A stretch of 64,000 nt of DNA from positions 124,001-188,000 of the forward strand of contig JAIVFI010000014.1 of NCBI GenBank assembly GCA_025558095.1, given 5' to 3'. Each line of letters begins with the position of its first letter. The first letter of the stretch is position 1. The translations under genes were made by a program, and so were the position numbers. Shown piece after piece: positions 21,910 through 33,778 of this stretch. Source of the stretch: Hyaloraphidium curvatum SAG 235-1. Lineage: Eukaryota > Fungi > Monoblepharomycota. The notes under the pieces are model-generated. The model saw nothing but the letters and a program-made list of their open reading frames with translations, had not been told where the DNA came from and did not search any database.

Positions 21910-24900
21910 TCATTTCCGTACAGAGCTCGGGAGGATGCTCGACCCCGACTGCCGCGGCGTCCAGAAGACGTTTCGCCCGTACCACTCGGCGACCACGTCC
22001 CACCGATCGCCGGTCGGGTTCTTGGCCATGGCGCGCCTGAACTGCTCCGGATCCGCGGCCCGGGCCTCCTGGGACCGGATCATCTCCAGCACCATCCGGT
22101 TGTTGGGCTCGCATTTCGGGCATTCGGGGTAGCCCGTCTCGGCCAAGGTGTCCGTAATGGGCAGGCAGCGCTCGTGGTACGAGTGCTTGCAGTAATAGTG
22201 CACCGAGGGCAGATCGAGAGTCTGGTTGCATGACGAGCAGATGGTGTTTTCGAAGAGGACGGGCCTGGAAGGGAAAGGTCAGGAGACGTTAAACGAGCTC
22301 AAACAACAACCCACTTGGTCTGCAGGTCCTCAATCTCCTGGCGCATCCGTGCCGTCTCCTCCTGGTACTCCTTGGTGAGCTTCCGATCCTCCTCGATCTG
22401 CTCCTTCTGCTTCCGGACGTGCTTCAGGATGTAGTCCCGCACCATGCCGATGGTGACGGTCGACCCTGGCCCCGACAGGATCTGCAACACCTGGAGCAGC
22501 GGCATCAGCTTCCGCCGGTCAATTTCGGCGAGCAGCCGGTGCAGCTCCGTCTGTGCGCGGGGATCGTCGGCCTCGGCGGCAAAGTACGCCAGCGACTCGG
22601 TCCAAAGGGCCACGTGCTCGTCACCGTGGCCGAGGCAGATGGCGACGACGGCAGGGTAGTTCCTCGCCTGCATGTGCAGCCGCATGAGGTCGTTGAAGAG
22701 CTGAAGTTTCTCCGTGAGGTAGAGCACACCCTCCGAAAAGCCCCGCGACTGGCAGAGGACGAGCGAATGGTCCGGATCGTAATTGGCCTGCAAGCAAAGA
22801 TGAGATGCCAGCAACAGCGGTAGCCCGACGAATGCTTACGTTCGGATCCTTGAGCAGCGCCATCGCCCTCGGCTTCCAGTCCTGAACCACCGGCGACCTC
22901 GCCCTCGATCCCGTCGACACATTCGACGCGACGCTCTGCGACAGCTCCCTCTGGTTGAACGACCCCGGTGCCAACGCGCCGTCCGCCGGCGTCGCGCTCC
23001 TCAACGGGTCCTTCCCCGGCGCCAGCGTCCCCACGATCGTCCCGCCCATGTACAGCTCCAGCAGCGTGTTCCAGAGCAGCTGCGACTCCGCCTCCGCAGA
23101 CGCCTCCCGCGCAGGCGTCGACACCGCTGCCTCGTCCACGATCCCGCTCTCGGCCTCGTCCAGCCCGAGCATCTGCACTCCGCCCTGCCCGGTCAGGCTG
23201 CGCTCAACGTCCGCAGCCGAGTACACGCGGCCTTTACCCCGCCGCTCAAGCACCTCCTCAAGGAAGCGGATGCAGAACCGCGTCTTGACCTCGTCCCGAG
23301 CCGCGACCTGCTCAGCCGAAAGGAGCGGAGGCGTGGCAACTGAGGCGTCGTCCTCCTGCGTGACGGGGAGCACCTTGGATTGCCCCGCAAAGAGCTGCAG
23401 GAACTCGGCGGCGTTGGCCCTGGGGAGGGAGTTTGTCGAGCCGGGCGCCGAGTCCCGCGGCCGGCTCGAGGAAAGCAGCGCGTCCCTTTCGTCCCGGCCG
23501 GCCTCGACGGCGGCACCGAGCGGCGACGGCGCCGCCCATGACGAAGGCCGTAAGCTGCCAGAGGATGCAGCAGCAATCGCGGCCGGCGACGTGGTGGGCG
23601 GCGTGCCCCTCGCCGCCGTCGGTGTCCGCGGTCGTCCACCAGGGACGGGCAGCCCCGCCACGCTGGCCAGCTTGTCCAGCCCCGACCTGATCCCCGACAT
23701 GGTGGCCGACGCGGCCCTCCCCAGCTCCTCCTGCGCGAACGCCGAGGGCGTCGACGCCCGGGACCCGGCGGCGGGCGACTTCTTGCCCGCCGAGATGCCC
23801 AGCCCCGCCGCCAGCGCAGACTTTGGCGTCCCCCCCTCCTCCTTCGGTCCCCTCGCCGCTCGGCGGACGGGGTACCACCCCGTGCACAGCCTCGTGAGCA
23901 CCTCCGTCATCCCCTCGGGCACCTGGTCCACCAGCACCGCGCCGTACCTCGCCGCGGCCCTCGCCGCGTCCGCGAACGGCAGGTTGGAGATGTAATCCAC
24001 CGCCCCGGCGTACTCGCGCAGGTCCTCCACCTGGATCGCCACGTGCGAGTCGTGGTGCCCGTACCGCGCCGCCAGCGCGAGCGCCTGCCTCGCGTAGCCG
24101 GCGGAGCGGCACACTGCCACTGCGGTCTCGACGTCGAAGGCGAGGTCGCTGTCCTCCTTGCCGAGGAACGCCGAGAGCTTGGCCTCGTCCTTGGCCTTGG
24201 CGTAGCAGTTGAGCAGCAGGGTGGTATGGTCCGGCGTCGCGGCGCCCTTGGCGTGTAGGGCCTCGAGGTAACGCGTGAGCTGGTCCGTCCGCTGCACGTC
24301 CAGGAAGCGGCGGATGACGTAGGAGGATTCGAGGTGCGGGATGGTGAGGATGTACTGCGCCATGGCGGCGTCGTGGTCGGCCTTGGAGTAGAGCCAGTCG
24401 CCGTACCGCTTGTGGATCTCGGTGACGATGTTGTAGTCGTACGGGCCCGAGGGACGGTCCGCGGGGTCGCTGCTGTCCAGGTCCAGAGCGGAGCGGTCGG
24501 CGCCGGGGAGGCCCAGGAGCGCAGCCTGTTGCTCCGATTGGACGACGGCGAGTGCGAGTGAGTACATGCTGCGGCGGAAGAGGAGCTCCAGACGGGTGTT
24601 GAGGTCCTTTTCCGAAAGCCGGTAGATCTGCCCGCGGCGGGTGAGCCGACTGGCGAGAGCACGACATCACGCGAATGCACGCACCCGCTTGTCATCCGTA
24701 ATGACCCAAAGATAGCCCCACTGACTCCAAACGGCCCAGATCCCTACCGCCCTGTCCAGCATCTCCTTGCTCGCCGCCAGCATGTTCAGATCCGCCCCCG
24801 AGAACGCCTCGTCCTCCCCGCCCGCCCCGTCCCGCGTGAATATCGCCGAAAACGAGACGAACCTGTTGCGCAGGTCGTACAGCGTCAGCAGCGACACCTG

Positions 24901-26257
24901 CTTGTCCGCCTCGTCCCCGCCCGAGACGCCCTCCACCCTGCCAGAGGCCAACACGGGCCACCGCGTCACGAGGGCAAAGTAGCCGCGGTACCACGACAGC
25001 GCGGCCTTTTCGCCGTGGCCGAGGAGCTCCGAGGGCGGGCTGGACTCGGAAACGAACCACGCGGAGCTGCGGCCCGTGTCGGAGGAGAAGACGTGCAGGG
25101 CTTCGGGGCGCGCGAGAAGGAACTGCGTGTCGGTGGGGGCGGCGCCGGTGGAGGTGCCGGGGAGGGCGGCGGGGAGGGGGAGGAGGAGGTTGGGGGATTC
25201 AGTCCCCATCGACGCGTCGAGGACCTCCTGCGAGACGGTTGGCAAGCCACTGTGAGCATGCAAATCACCCCCGCGAGCCCGACGCGGTACTCGCAATGAT
25301 CGGCTTCCGCGAAGACCGCGACTCGGCCCCAGACCCGAGTCCTGTGACCTTGACCACCCTGCTCCTGTTGACCACGACCAGGTCGACCCTGGGGGCGCCA
25401 CCCTGCTGCCCACCCTCGGCAAACAACAACCCCGTGACCATGCTATCGCCCTCGTAGACGGTCTTGGTCTTGGTGGACCGCTCGGCGCGGGTGAGGTCGC
25501 CGCGCACGAGGACCACGACGCCGTTCTCGAGGCCGATAGCGAGGTGCGTGAGGGCGGGGAGGAGGGCGATGGCCGTGATCTGCAGCCAACGCGTTCGAAC
25601 ACGAAGAGAATGACGCGTGGTTGTGATTAGTTGGCTCGTTGGTTGTTTCCGACGCGTCGCGCTCACCGGGATCGGCTTCTTGTCCACGCTGGCCTGGATC
25701 TCGCGCAGCATCTGCGGCCGCCCCGTCACGCGGTCCATCTTGTCGAGGTTCCACACGCGCACGATCGGGAACGAGTTCTTGTCCTCGCCGGCCGTGACCA
25801 GGATGTTCTTGTCGCGGGCGTATGCGATGTGGGTCACGCCGACGATGCGGATGCCGCCCTCCGCGGCCGCTTTCCTCAGCGACACGCGCGGCGCGTCCTC
25901 CCGCGTGTCCCTGCGCTGCATCGTCGGCTGGCCGGTGCCGGTTGTCCGCGACCGCGGGATCGGCGGCGGCGGCGCGGGGATCGGCGGCTCGTGCGCCACG
26001 AAGCTCTCTGCCAGCCGCATGTCCATGTCGACGGCGTGCACGTTGCCGAGCAGGTCGCCGAGGAACGCGAAGCGGCGGCCGGGCGTCGCGCAGGTGATTT
26101 CGACCGCGTCGTCCGACGCGAGCCACTCGATGTCCGCCGCGCTGCCCAGCTGCTCGCCCGCGCGCTCCTTCCCCTTCGCCGACGGCGGCGCGCCCAGCTC
26201 GCGCCGCTCCACGAACGGGAACCGCCGCCATTGCGCGGACCCGGCGGCCGCGGCCAT
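21910..26257 (-). CDS. VPS11: Vacuolar protein sorting 11 (HOPS/CORVET core subunit), multi-exon
   Basis: N-terminal QWRRFPF; beta-propeller region; EIHKRYGDWLYSK...AMAQY...SYVIRRFLD...HTTLLLNCYAK; C-terminal RING CSSC...HYYCKHSYHERC...CPKC. Confidence 0.95.
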
Positions 26258-26384
26258 GATCCAGTCGACGCGCGTTTGACGCGTCGAAATGAAGTCCCTT
26301 GCTGATCGCGATCGCAGAGAGTACAGCCCCGGCGGGTGGTTCGCGGCGCGGAACCAAGTCGCTCCGCAGTGTCACCCCCACGCA

Positions 26385-27306
26385 ATGCCCGGCATCCGAG
26401 TGCTCCCGCCGGCTCTCGGCGATGGCGTGCTGCCGCTTTTGTCGCTGGGCGTCTACTGGCGTGGGTCGTCGCACGGCCGCCCCGCCTCGTGTCCCGTTGC
26501 CAGACGCCCCCTGCCTGCACCGCCAGTGTTTACCACGGCACCGGCCATTTTCGATTACCTCGGACCGGTACTGAAGACGGGCAAGCGAAAGTCGATGCCC
26601 TTGGAAAAGGTGCGCCACTAGTTCCATGCCAAGTCTGCCATGACTGAAGGTACCGCTCCAGATCGGCAAGGAGATATCGGCGATATCCGGGGGCGCCGTG
26701 ACCGCCAATGACGCGTCCACGTGGGCCGCGGCGCTCCACTCCGAGCGGTGGTACTGGAAGGAACCCCCCGTCTTCCTCCTGCACAACGCCGCAGCGATCC
26801 TCTGGGGCGTCCTGTCCCCCTTCCAGTTCTCCGCCCAGCTGCGGGATCGCTTCCCTTCCCTGCACGCCTGGACCGGCCGCCTCCTCCTGCTCTCGCTCCT
26901 CCCCGCATCGCTCACCGGCTTCCGCCTGGGCCTCAACTCGCGCATCGGCCGCGCCAAGATGGCCCCGCTCGGCGCTTTCATGGCCCTGTACGTGCTGTAC
27001 CAGGCCTTCGCGGGCTGGGCGGCGATGCGGGCCCGCCCCAGGCGGCTGTTCGAGCACCGCGTGCGGATGAGCAAGCTAGGGATCTTCCTCCTCGGGGTGC
27101 CGCTCACCAGGCCCGTGTTCGTCTGGTTGCTGGGGTTCGCGGACAGGATGCCGGCGCCCCGGAGGGATCTGGAGACGGAGGGGGCGGATCGCATGGTGGC
27201 GAGCCTGGGGCTGTCGTTCTACATCACGCTGGTCGGGACGTGGCTGGCGGCGGAAGGGTACGGGGCCGCGCTCGTGCGCGCGAGGGACAAGGCGATCGCG
27301 GGCTGA
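26385..27306 (+). CDS. DUF2306-like membrane protein, probably 3 exons
   Basis: FLLH...PFQF...LRDRFPSLHAWTGR...HRVRM pattern; introns about 26461..26526 and 26610..26649 link to an upstream ATG. Confidence 0.65.
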
Positions 27307-27371
27307 CCTGGAAGCGATCGATAATCCTACGATGTTTGTGTTGTGCCTGTAGTTTTGAAGGTTCAGGGTCT

Positions 27372-28940
27372 TCACGGGAACGGACACACGCTCTCCATAG
27401 TGAAAAACACCCCCAAGCCCCTCAAAATCGACCACAGCGCCACCAGCACCGTGACCAGAGTGACCACTATCGTCCGGATCACGCCGTAGCTTACGACGAC
27501 CCCCAGGAACCGCGCGGGGTACCTGTCTTCATCGTCCAGGTAGCTCCGGAGTATCTCCCCGTCCGAGTCCATCCGTTCCCGGAGCGCCACCCCCGCGGGC
27601 GTGGGATCGGAGAATAGCGACGCCCGCCGCATCTCCCGAATCTCGCGCGAGGCTTCGCGGTACAGCTCCATGACGCTGCCGACCTGCGCATTGGCCGCTG
27701 CGACGTGGACGAGGTCCATGAGGATGTAGAAGAGGATGTAGGCGCAGTAGACGATGTAGGCGGCTGGGAGGCAGGAGCATGCAGCGGCATTGACGATCCC
27801 CATGACGGAAACGACGGTGACTGAGCCGAGGAAGGCTGAGGGGGTGTTGTAGATGGCGATGCGGCGCCGCCAGGCCCCGAGAGGAAGGCTTGCAGGTCCA
27901 TGAACAGGTCGTCTTTGGCGGGCGGGGAGGGATCGGGATTGGAATCCGTTTCCGGGGCCTTGCGCTCGAGCGCCTCGCGGTAGCGGGACAAGTGATCCGC
28001 CAGCACCCGACGCACGGCGCGGTGCGATGCCCGATGGGTCACTTCCAGAAGAGGAACATTGGTCGAGAAGCGCGCCAAAGCGATGGGAGCGGTAAAGACC
28101 ACGAGAGTGGCGAGATAGAGGGCGCCAAGGACGGCGGACCACGGAGTGGTCCACGTTGCCGGAGCCACGTAGGGCGAGAACAGTGGTGTGCTCACAAAAA
28201 GCACGACCGCGAAGTTGGCTATGATGAACTTGAAAGCCATGTCGACAAGGCGCATGGTCGCTAAGCGGCGAGCGATGCCAGCCGCGCAGCCAACAGCGGG
28301 GCAAGGACACAGGGGGTCTTTGGCATCGTGCTCGAGTAGCCAGCCTTCCTGGGAGTCGCCATCGGTGTTGTGGTCGTCCACCATCTGGATCCAGCGGGCC
28401 AGTGCGGCGGCACCGTGGGCCGAGTAGTCGGGCGCCGCTCCCGATACTGACATCTGACGCGAGTCCGAGACCGTTGCAGCGTAGGTACTATGGAGCGCAA
28501 GTCCCGTCGTGCCGTCAAAGACGGAAACAAGGACCGTGACCGTGGACACGGCCAGCTGCAACGTGTCGAATGACGCGCGGGCAAAGAACCAGGGAAAGGG
28601 CAGCACGAGAACCATGGCAGCGTTGAGCAGGAGCGAGCGCACGATGGCGCGGCGGGCCCACGGCTGCACCGCCGCCTGCGCGCGCACCGATAGTGCGAGG
28701 AAAGGCGACCGCGATGCGAGTGCGGCTTCGAAGGCGGCGCGGCCGAGCGGCTGTTCCTTGCGGAGCTCCGCGGCAGGATCGGCGGGAGGTGCGGCACCCG
28801 ACAGCGTATCGGCGGCACCCGGAGCGGTCGGCAGGAGAACTAGCCATTCGACCGGCGATATCGTCGGCTCTAACGGTCCACGACGAGTTTGACTTCGCCC
28901 GCGCCGCCGTTCGCGTTTTCCACTCCAATCCGGTCGCCAT
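27372..28940 (-). pseudogene. 7-TM family member B, frameshift in a G run at 27875..27878 and no in-frame ATG: pseudogene or sequence error
   Basis: EWLVLLP motif; HGAAALARW; HDAKDPLCPCPAVGC; RFSTN; after a frame switch AWRRRIAIYN...CSCLP...AAAN...ARFLGVVVSYGVIRTIVVTLVTVLVALWSILRGLG...ESVCP. Confidence 0.75.
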
Positions 28941-29260
28941 GTCGCGTGCGTCGCGAGCGGGTGCCGGAGATGTCACAAAGGGGCGCCAGCGGGTGAACCG
29001 ATCCGCGTTCGGTTGGCAGGTCAGGGGGAGACGTTGCAGGGGTCGCGATCCAACCTACTAGGCGATCCGACCGCACCACCAGAGTTTCCGCGGGTACTCG
29101 TGGGTGTCCATGGAAGAGCCCCCGGAAACTGGACAGCGGGGACGTAGCGCTTGACTGCGAAGCAATCTCTACTCTACCTACGAGAAAAGTTGGTTGATTC
29201 TTCGGAGCTTACTCCTACAAGCCGAAGGCCGATCCAGGGCTCTGCAGGTCTGAGGCAAAC

Positions 29261-30745
29261 ATGGCCCGCACCATGGCGCCCGAACCCGCGCTCTTCGACC
29301 CCAGCGAGCTCCTCGCCATTTTTCCGCAGGCGCCGCCTGCACTGCCATTCCCCTCCGGGCGGCCAGCACTGCCGGATCCCGGCGCGAAGGCGCGGGCCGA
29401 CGCGCCTCTGACCCGAGACGCGTTCCTCGCCGCCCTGGCCAACGCCCCCGGGCTGCGGGCGGTCACGCGGCTGCAGATATCTTGGGAGCCGTTCACGCGG
29501 CTCGCGCTGGCGCGCGGCGTGGTCGGCTTCCTTTCGGGGCCTTTGATTGTGCCCATGATCCTTGTCTTCGGCAGCTTCGGAACCGTGCAGCTGGTCGTGG
29601 GTTTAACGGGGATGCTCGTGAGCAACTTCACGTCGAGCATACTGCTGCCACTGTTTGCGGGTTACAGGGCGACATTGGCGTTCGGCCACCCGGGATCGGC
29701 TGCCAACCGGCCTGCCGTCCGCGACTATTCCGGGCACGGGGCCGCTGGTCTCGCCCGCTGGGAACAAGCGCTTCTCGCTGTGACCGCCAACGGTGATCAG
29801 GATCCGTCGGAACTCCTAAAGCATGAGCCCATCGACGACCGTTGTACATGCGCAGCCCCTGCGTGCGCCGGCGGACTTCGATGGCGCGCGTCTCTCGATC
29901 GCATTGTGGAGCTAGTGTTCAAATACTGCGCCTTTCTCGTCGTCGCGGTGTGCGTGCTCTGGAGTGGCGTGACGGCGCCAGGCACGTGGAACCACGCCTG
30001 GAGCATCACCCTCGCCGTCATTTCTCTCATGATCCAGTTCGTAAATGCCGTCGGCTACTCCCTGCCTCGGTTTTCGACCAACTCCCGCCTTCTGGAAGTG
30101 ACGGACCGGCTACGCCGCCGTGCGATGAGCCTGGCCCTGCGCAACATGCTGGCAGCATACACCAACGCAGTCGATTGCGACGACCCGTCCCTCCTCCCTG
30201 CGGCGTCGCCCTTCCCCGAGCCTTTCGAGCAGCTGCACCACCTCTTCACTGTCAGTTGGGCTCGGCGCATCCGGCAGTACAACACCTCCTCGCCGCTCCT
30301 CTTCGCTTCCGGGGTCCATTTCGTCTGCGCCGTCGCCAATATGGCAGCTGGCAGCTGCATCCCCGGCCTCAACCTTTCCTTCATCGGCTACGTCCTCTTC
30401 ATCAACCTCTTTGACCTCTTGAACGTGGCCGCCGAGAACCGCACCATCTCCGAGTTCCGCGCGACCTATTTGGACGCGCACCGGGAGCTCCGCTCGCTCG
30501 CGGACCGCGCCGCCCGCGCCGCGCCCTTGCTCCGCCCCGCCGTCTCGGCCCGCGCGGCGCTGCTGGCGACATTCGCGGACCTGGACATCTACCGCGCCAA
30601 GCTGCTCGGATTCGCCGTCGACTACGGCGTGCTGAGGACGCTGGCGGTCACGCTGGTCACGCTGATAGTCGGGCTGTGGAGCATCCTCCGAGGGCTGGGC
30701 GTATTCGTCACCATGCAGACCATATGCCCGGCCAAGGAGTTTTGA
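29261..30745 (+). CDS. 7-TM family member C, intact and intronless; candidate gustatory-receptor-like 7-TM ion channel
   Basis: 494-aa ORF, seven hydrophobic segments, no signal peptide, HEPIDDRCTCAAPAC, GSCIP, C-terminal AKLLGFAVDYGVLRTLAVTLVTLIVGLWSILRG...TICP; gene is secure, superfamily call is inference. Confidence 0.8.
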   Translation: MARTMAPEPALFDPSELLAIFPQAPPALPFPSGRPALPDPGAKARADAPLTRDAFLAALANAPGLRAVTRLQISWEPFTRLALARGVVGFLSGPLIVPMILVFGSFGTVQLVVGLTGMLVSNFTSSILLPLFAGYRATLAFGHPGSAANRPAVRDYSGHGAAGLARWEQALLAVTANGDQDPSELLKHEPIDDRCTCAAPACAGGLRWRASLDRIVELVFKYCAFLVVAVCVLWSGVTAPGTWNHAWSITLAVISLMIQFVNAVGYSLPRFSTNSRLLEVTDRLRRRAMSLALRNMLAAYTNAVDCDDPSLLPAASPFPEPFEQLHHLFTVSWARRIRQYNTSSPLLFASGVHFVCAVANMAAGSCIPGLNLSFIGYVLFINLFDLLNVAAENRTISEFRATYLDAHRELRSLADRAARAAPLLRPAVSARAALLATFADLDIYRAKLLGFAVDYGVLRTLAVTLVTLIVGLWSILRGLGVFVTMQTICPAKEF

Positions 30746-30973
30746 AAGGGTGCTGCAGCCGGTGGGCACTTGGGATCGGAAGGTGGCGTCGGAACGGTTG
30801 CTGTACTCATTGACGGGCACCAGCACTCGGATCCACTGTTCATCGCAAAGTCCGGGACTTTTGGTGGCGCCAGCTTCCCGGCGGTCAGTTGCGGGCGGCT
30901 TTTCCGTCCCTGGCCGTGTTTCGGGGCTGGTGGCGCCATCCGGCCAAACACTTCCAATTGCACCGCCGGCCCG

Positions 30974-32168
30974 ATGCTCGCCCGCGCAGCGCTGATTACC
31001 CTCCTTGCGGCCACCTGCTTCGCGTCGGTGTTTGCCGACGAATCGCTGGCTGGGCCGGCGGTCGTCTTCCGGCGCTCCTGCGGGGAGTGCGGCGACGACA
31101 GCTTCTGCGAGTTCGGTTTCCCCGATGCGCCCGAGGGCCATGTTGCCTGCGTGGCCCACGACGGCGAAAATCTGGAGCATCTCTACAGGCGATACGATCC
31201 CGTGGGCACCCCCACGGTGACCGTTGTCGGCTTCGCCCCGGCGGCCACCGCAAACCTCGGATCCACCACGGACTCGGTCATCACCTCGACTTTCACTCTC
31301 TCCAACCCCGGCCCCATCCCGTACACGGTTACCAACATCGCCGTCAACCAGGCTGGCCAGCTCGCGCGGCGCGCGCCCCCCGCAGGCCCCGGCGGCACGA
31401 TCCTCGTTGGGGGGCTGGTCACGCCGGCCGTCGTCAGCGCCGGGAGCACGCAGACGTTCCAAGTCACGGCACAGCACACCGGAACCATTGCGGGGACTGT
31501 GTCGCCCGCTGCGGTGATCACAGTCCAAGCGACGGCCGCCACGCTTCCGGCGCAGAACCCGTTCACGTTGACCATCAAGGGCACGGTCGTCAGATACGTG
31601 GGTTGGCAATCTTGCTGAGGCCGTCCACCAACGCTCACAGTAAAGCCGCCCTCGACAATCTTGCATCCACCTCGTGCGGTCTGTCTGCCTGCAGGGCGCC
31701 ACGCTGTCCGTCGTCGGCATCCAGAACGGTGGCTCGACGTCCGTTTCGACCTCACCGGCCACCGAAGCAACAAGAACCCTGACCTTGTCGAACATTGGCA
31801 ACGGACCCCTTACGGTAACTTCGGTTGGCCTCTCCGGCCAGACGATCGGGGCCCTGCGTCGCCGTGGAGCGGTCTTCGGCGCCGGATGGGCTGTCGCGAC
31901 CCCGACGCCGACCGTCATCCCTCCCGGCTCGACGGCAACCATGCTCGCGACCATTCGCTACACAGCGGCAACTACGACCTTTCCCGGAATCGGCACCGCT
32001 ACGCTCACGATCTACGCCACGAGGACCCAGGCCACGGATCTGGCTGTCAATCCCACGGCCTATTCGATCACCCTCGGCGGAAGCGTCGCTACTCCCGTGG
32101 GTTCCCGCGGCTCGCTTTCTTTTGGCCTTCTTGACTCGAAACCTCGCCAGACTGCGGCCCCGAGTTAA
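30974..32168 (+). CDS. Secreted protein with a Cys-rich N-terminal module and two Ig-like (ASH / choice-of-anchor-D-like) domains, copy 1; 3 exons
   Basis: Signal peptide MLARAALITLLAATCFASVFA; SCGECGDDSFCEF...ACV; FTLSNPGPIPYTVTNI and LTLSNIGNGPLTVTSV strands; Thr/Val/Ala-rich. Confidence 0.72.
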
Positions 32169-32547
32169 GCTTCCGCCGTTCGAACAGACTTCTTGTTGCT
32201 TTAGGCATCAATAGACTCGCTCTTCACTCGATGTGCGAAATGCCGTGCAAGGGAAGTCAAAAGTTGCGAATCCGGGTGCCCCACCGCAGACGAGCAGTTC
32301 AAGCGCCCGGAGCATTCAGCCAAACAAGGCCGACGCGGTGGAGGAAACTAGCTTTGTTTCGTTTAGTTGATGTGCCGTTACTTGTCTACGGCATGCTTCC
32401 CGATTGGCGGGATGTTTTGGCGGTGGCGTTTAATTCTGGAGCGGAGCCGTGGGTCGCCACCGTCAGCCAATTTCGAGGGACGGCCTCCCAAAAGGGACGG
32501 CTCGAGGGATCGACACACTGCGGACCACAAGGCGCACCGCCGGCCCT

Positions 32548-33778
32548 ATGCTCGCCCGCGCCTCGCTGCTTGCCCTCCTCGCGGCCACGTGCCTCTCGTC
32601 GGCGTTTGCCGGCGAATCGGCGGTCGAGCCGGCGGCCGTCCCTTCGACGACCGAGCCGGTGGTCGTCTTCCGGCGCTCCTGCGGCGAGTGCGGCGACGAC
32701 AGCTACTGCGAGTTCGGCTTTCCGGACGCTCCCGAGGGCCATGTTGCCTGCGTGGTCCACGACGTTGAGGATATGGTGCATCTCTACAGGCGATACGATC
32801 CCGTGGGCACCCCCACGGTGACCGTTGTCGGCTTCGCCCCGGCGGCCACCGCAAACCTCGGATCCACCACGGACTCGGTCATCACCTCGACTTTCACGCT
32901 CTCCAACCCCGGCCCCATCCCGTACACGGTCACAAACATCGCCGTCGCTCCAGCAGGCCAGCTTGCACGGCGCGGCCCCATCGTTGCAACGCCCGGCGGC
33001 ACCCTCCTCGTCGAGGCCCTGGGTACCCGGACCGTCGTCAGCGCCGGGAGCACGCAGACGTTCCAAGTCACGGCACAGCACACCGGGACTATCGCAGGGA
33101 CTGTGTCGCCCGCTGCGGTGATCACGGTCCAAGCGACGGCCGCCACGCTTCCGGCCCAGAATCCCTTCACGTTGACCATCAAGGGCACGGTCGTCAGATA
33201 CGTGGGTCGCCCTCTTGCAGACGCCGCGGCCCGATGCTAACTTCAAAGCAACCCCGGACGAACCTTGCATCCAACCCCATGCCTTTTTTCTCTGCCTGAC
33301 AGGGCGCCACGCTGTCCGTCTTCGGCTTCCAGAACCTGGGCACGGCGACAGTATCCACCACGTCGACCACCGAAGCAACAAAGACCCTGACTGTGACGAA
33401 CCCCGGCAACGGACCGCTGACCATCACTTCGATCGGCCTCGCCGGCCAGACCTACGCGGCCCTGCGCCGCCGTGTCTTTGCTGCAAACGGCGCAGCATTT
33501 GCCGTCGCCAGCCCGACGCCAACGGTTCTCCTTCCCGGCGGATCGGCGACGATGCTTGTCACCGTACGTTATACGGCGGCGACCACGACCCTCCCCCCCT
33601 CAGCGACCGCCACGCTCACGATCTACGCCACAAGGACCCAGGCCACGGATCTGGCGATCAATCCAACCGTCTTTGTGCTCACCCTCAGCGGAGTCGTTGC
33701 CACTCCGGTGGGTGCCCGTCTCTTCTCCCCTGTGGGCCTCCTCACAGCTCATAACCTCGCCAGACGCCCGTGCCTTGA
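32548..33778 (+). CDS. Secreted Ig-like-domain protein, tandem copy 2; 3 exons
   Basis: Exon 1 nearly identical to copy 1; same intron positions; LTVTNPGNGPLTITSI; last exon TPVP*. Confidence 0.72.

Larger units (their letters stand above)
30960..33778 (+). repeat. Tandem gene duplication (two direct copies about 1.57 kb apart)
   Basis: Long identical nucleotide blocks, e.g. CATCTCTACAGGCGATACGATCCC...CACCTCGACTTTCAC near 31178 and 32779. Confidence 0.9.

Noticed and set aside
26265-26290. Clustered ACGCG/ACGCGT (MCB/E2F-like) words upstream of VPS11, and similar words near 35610
   Set aside because: Such words are expected by chance at this GC content; enrichment cannot be tested here
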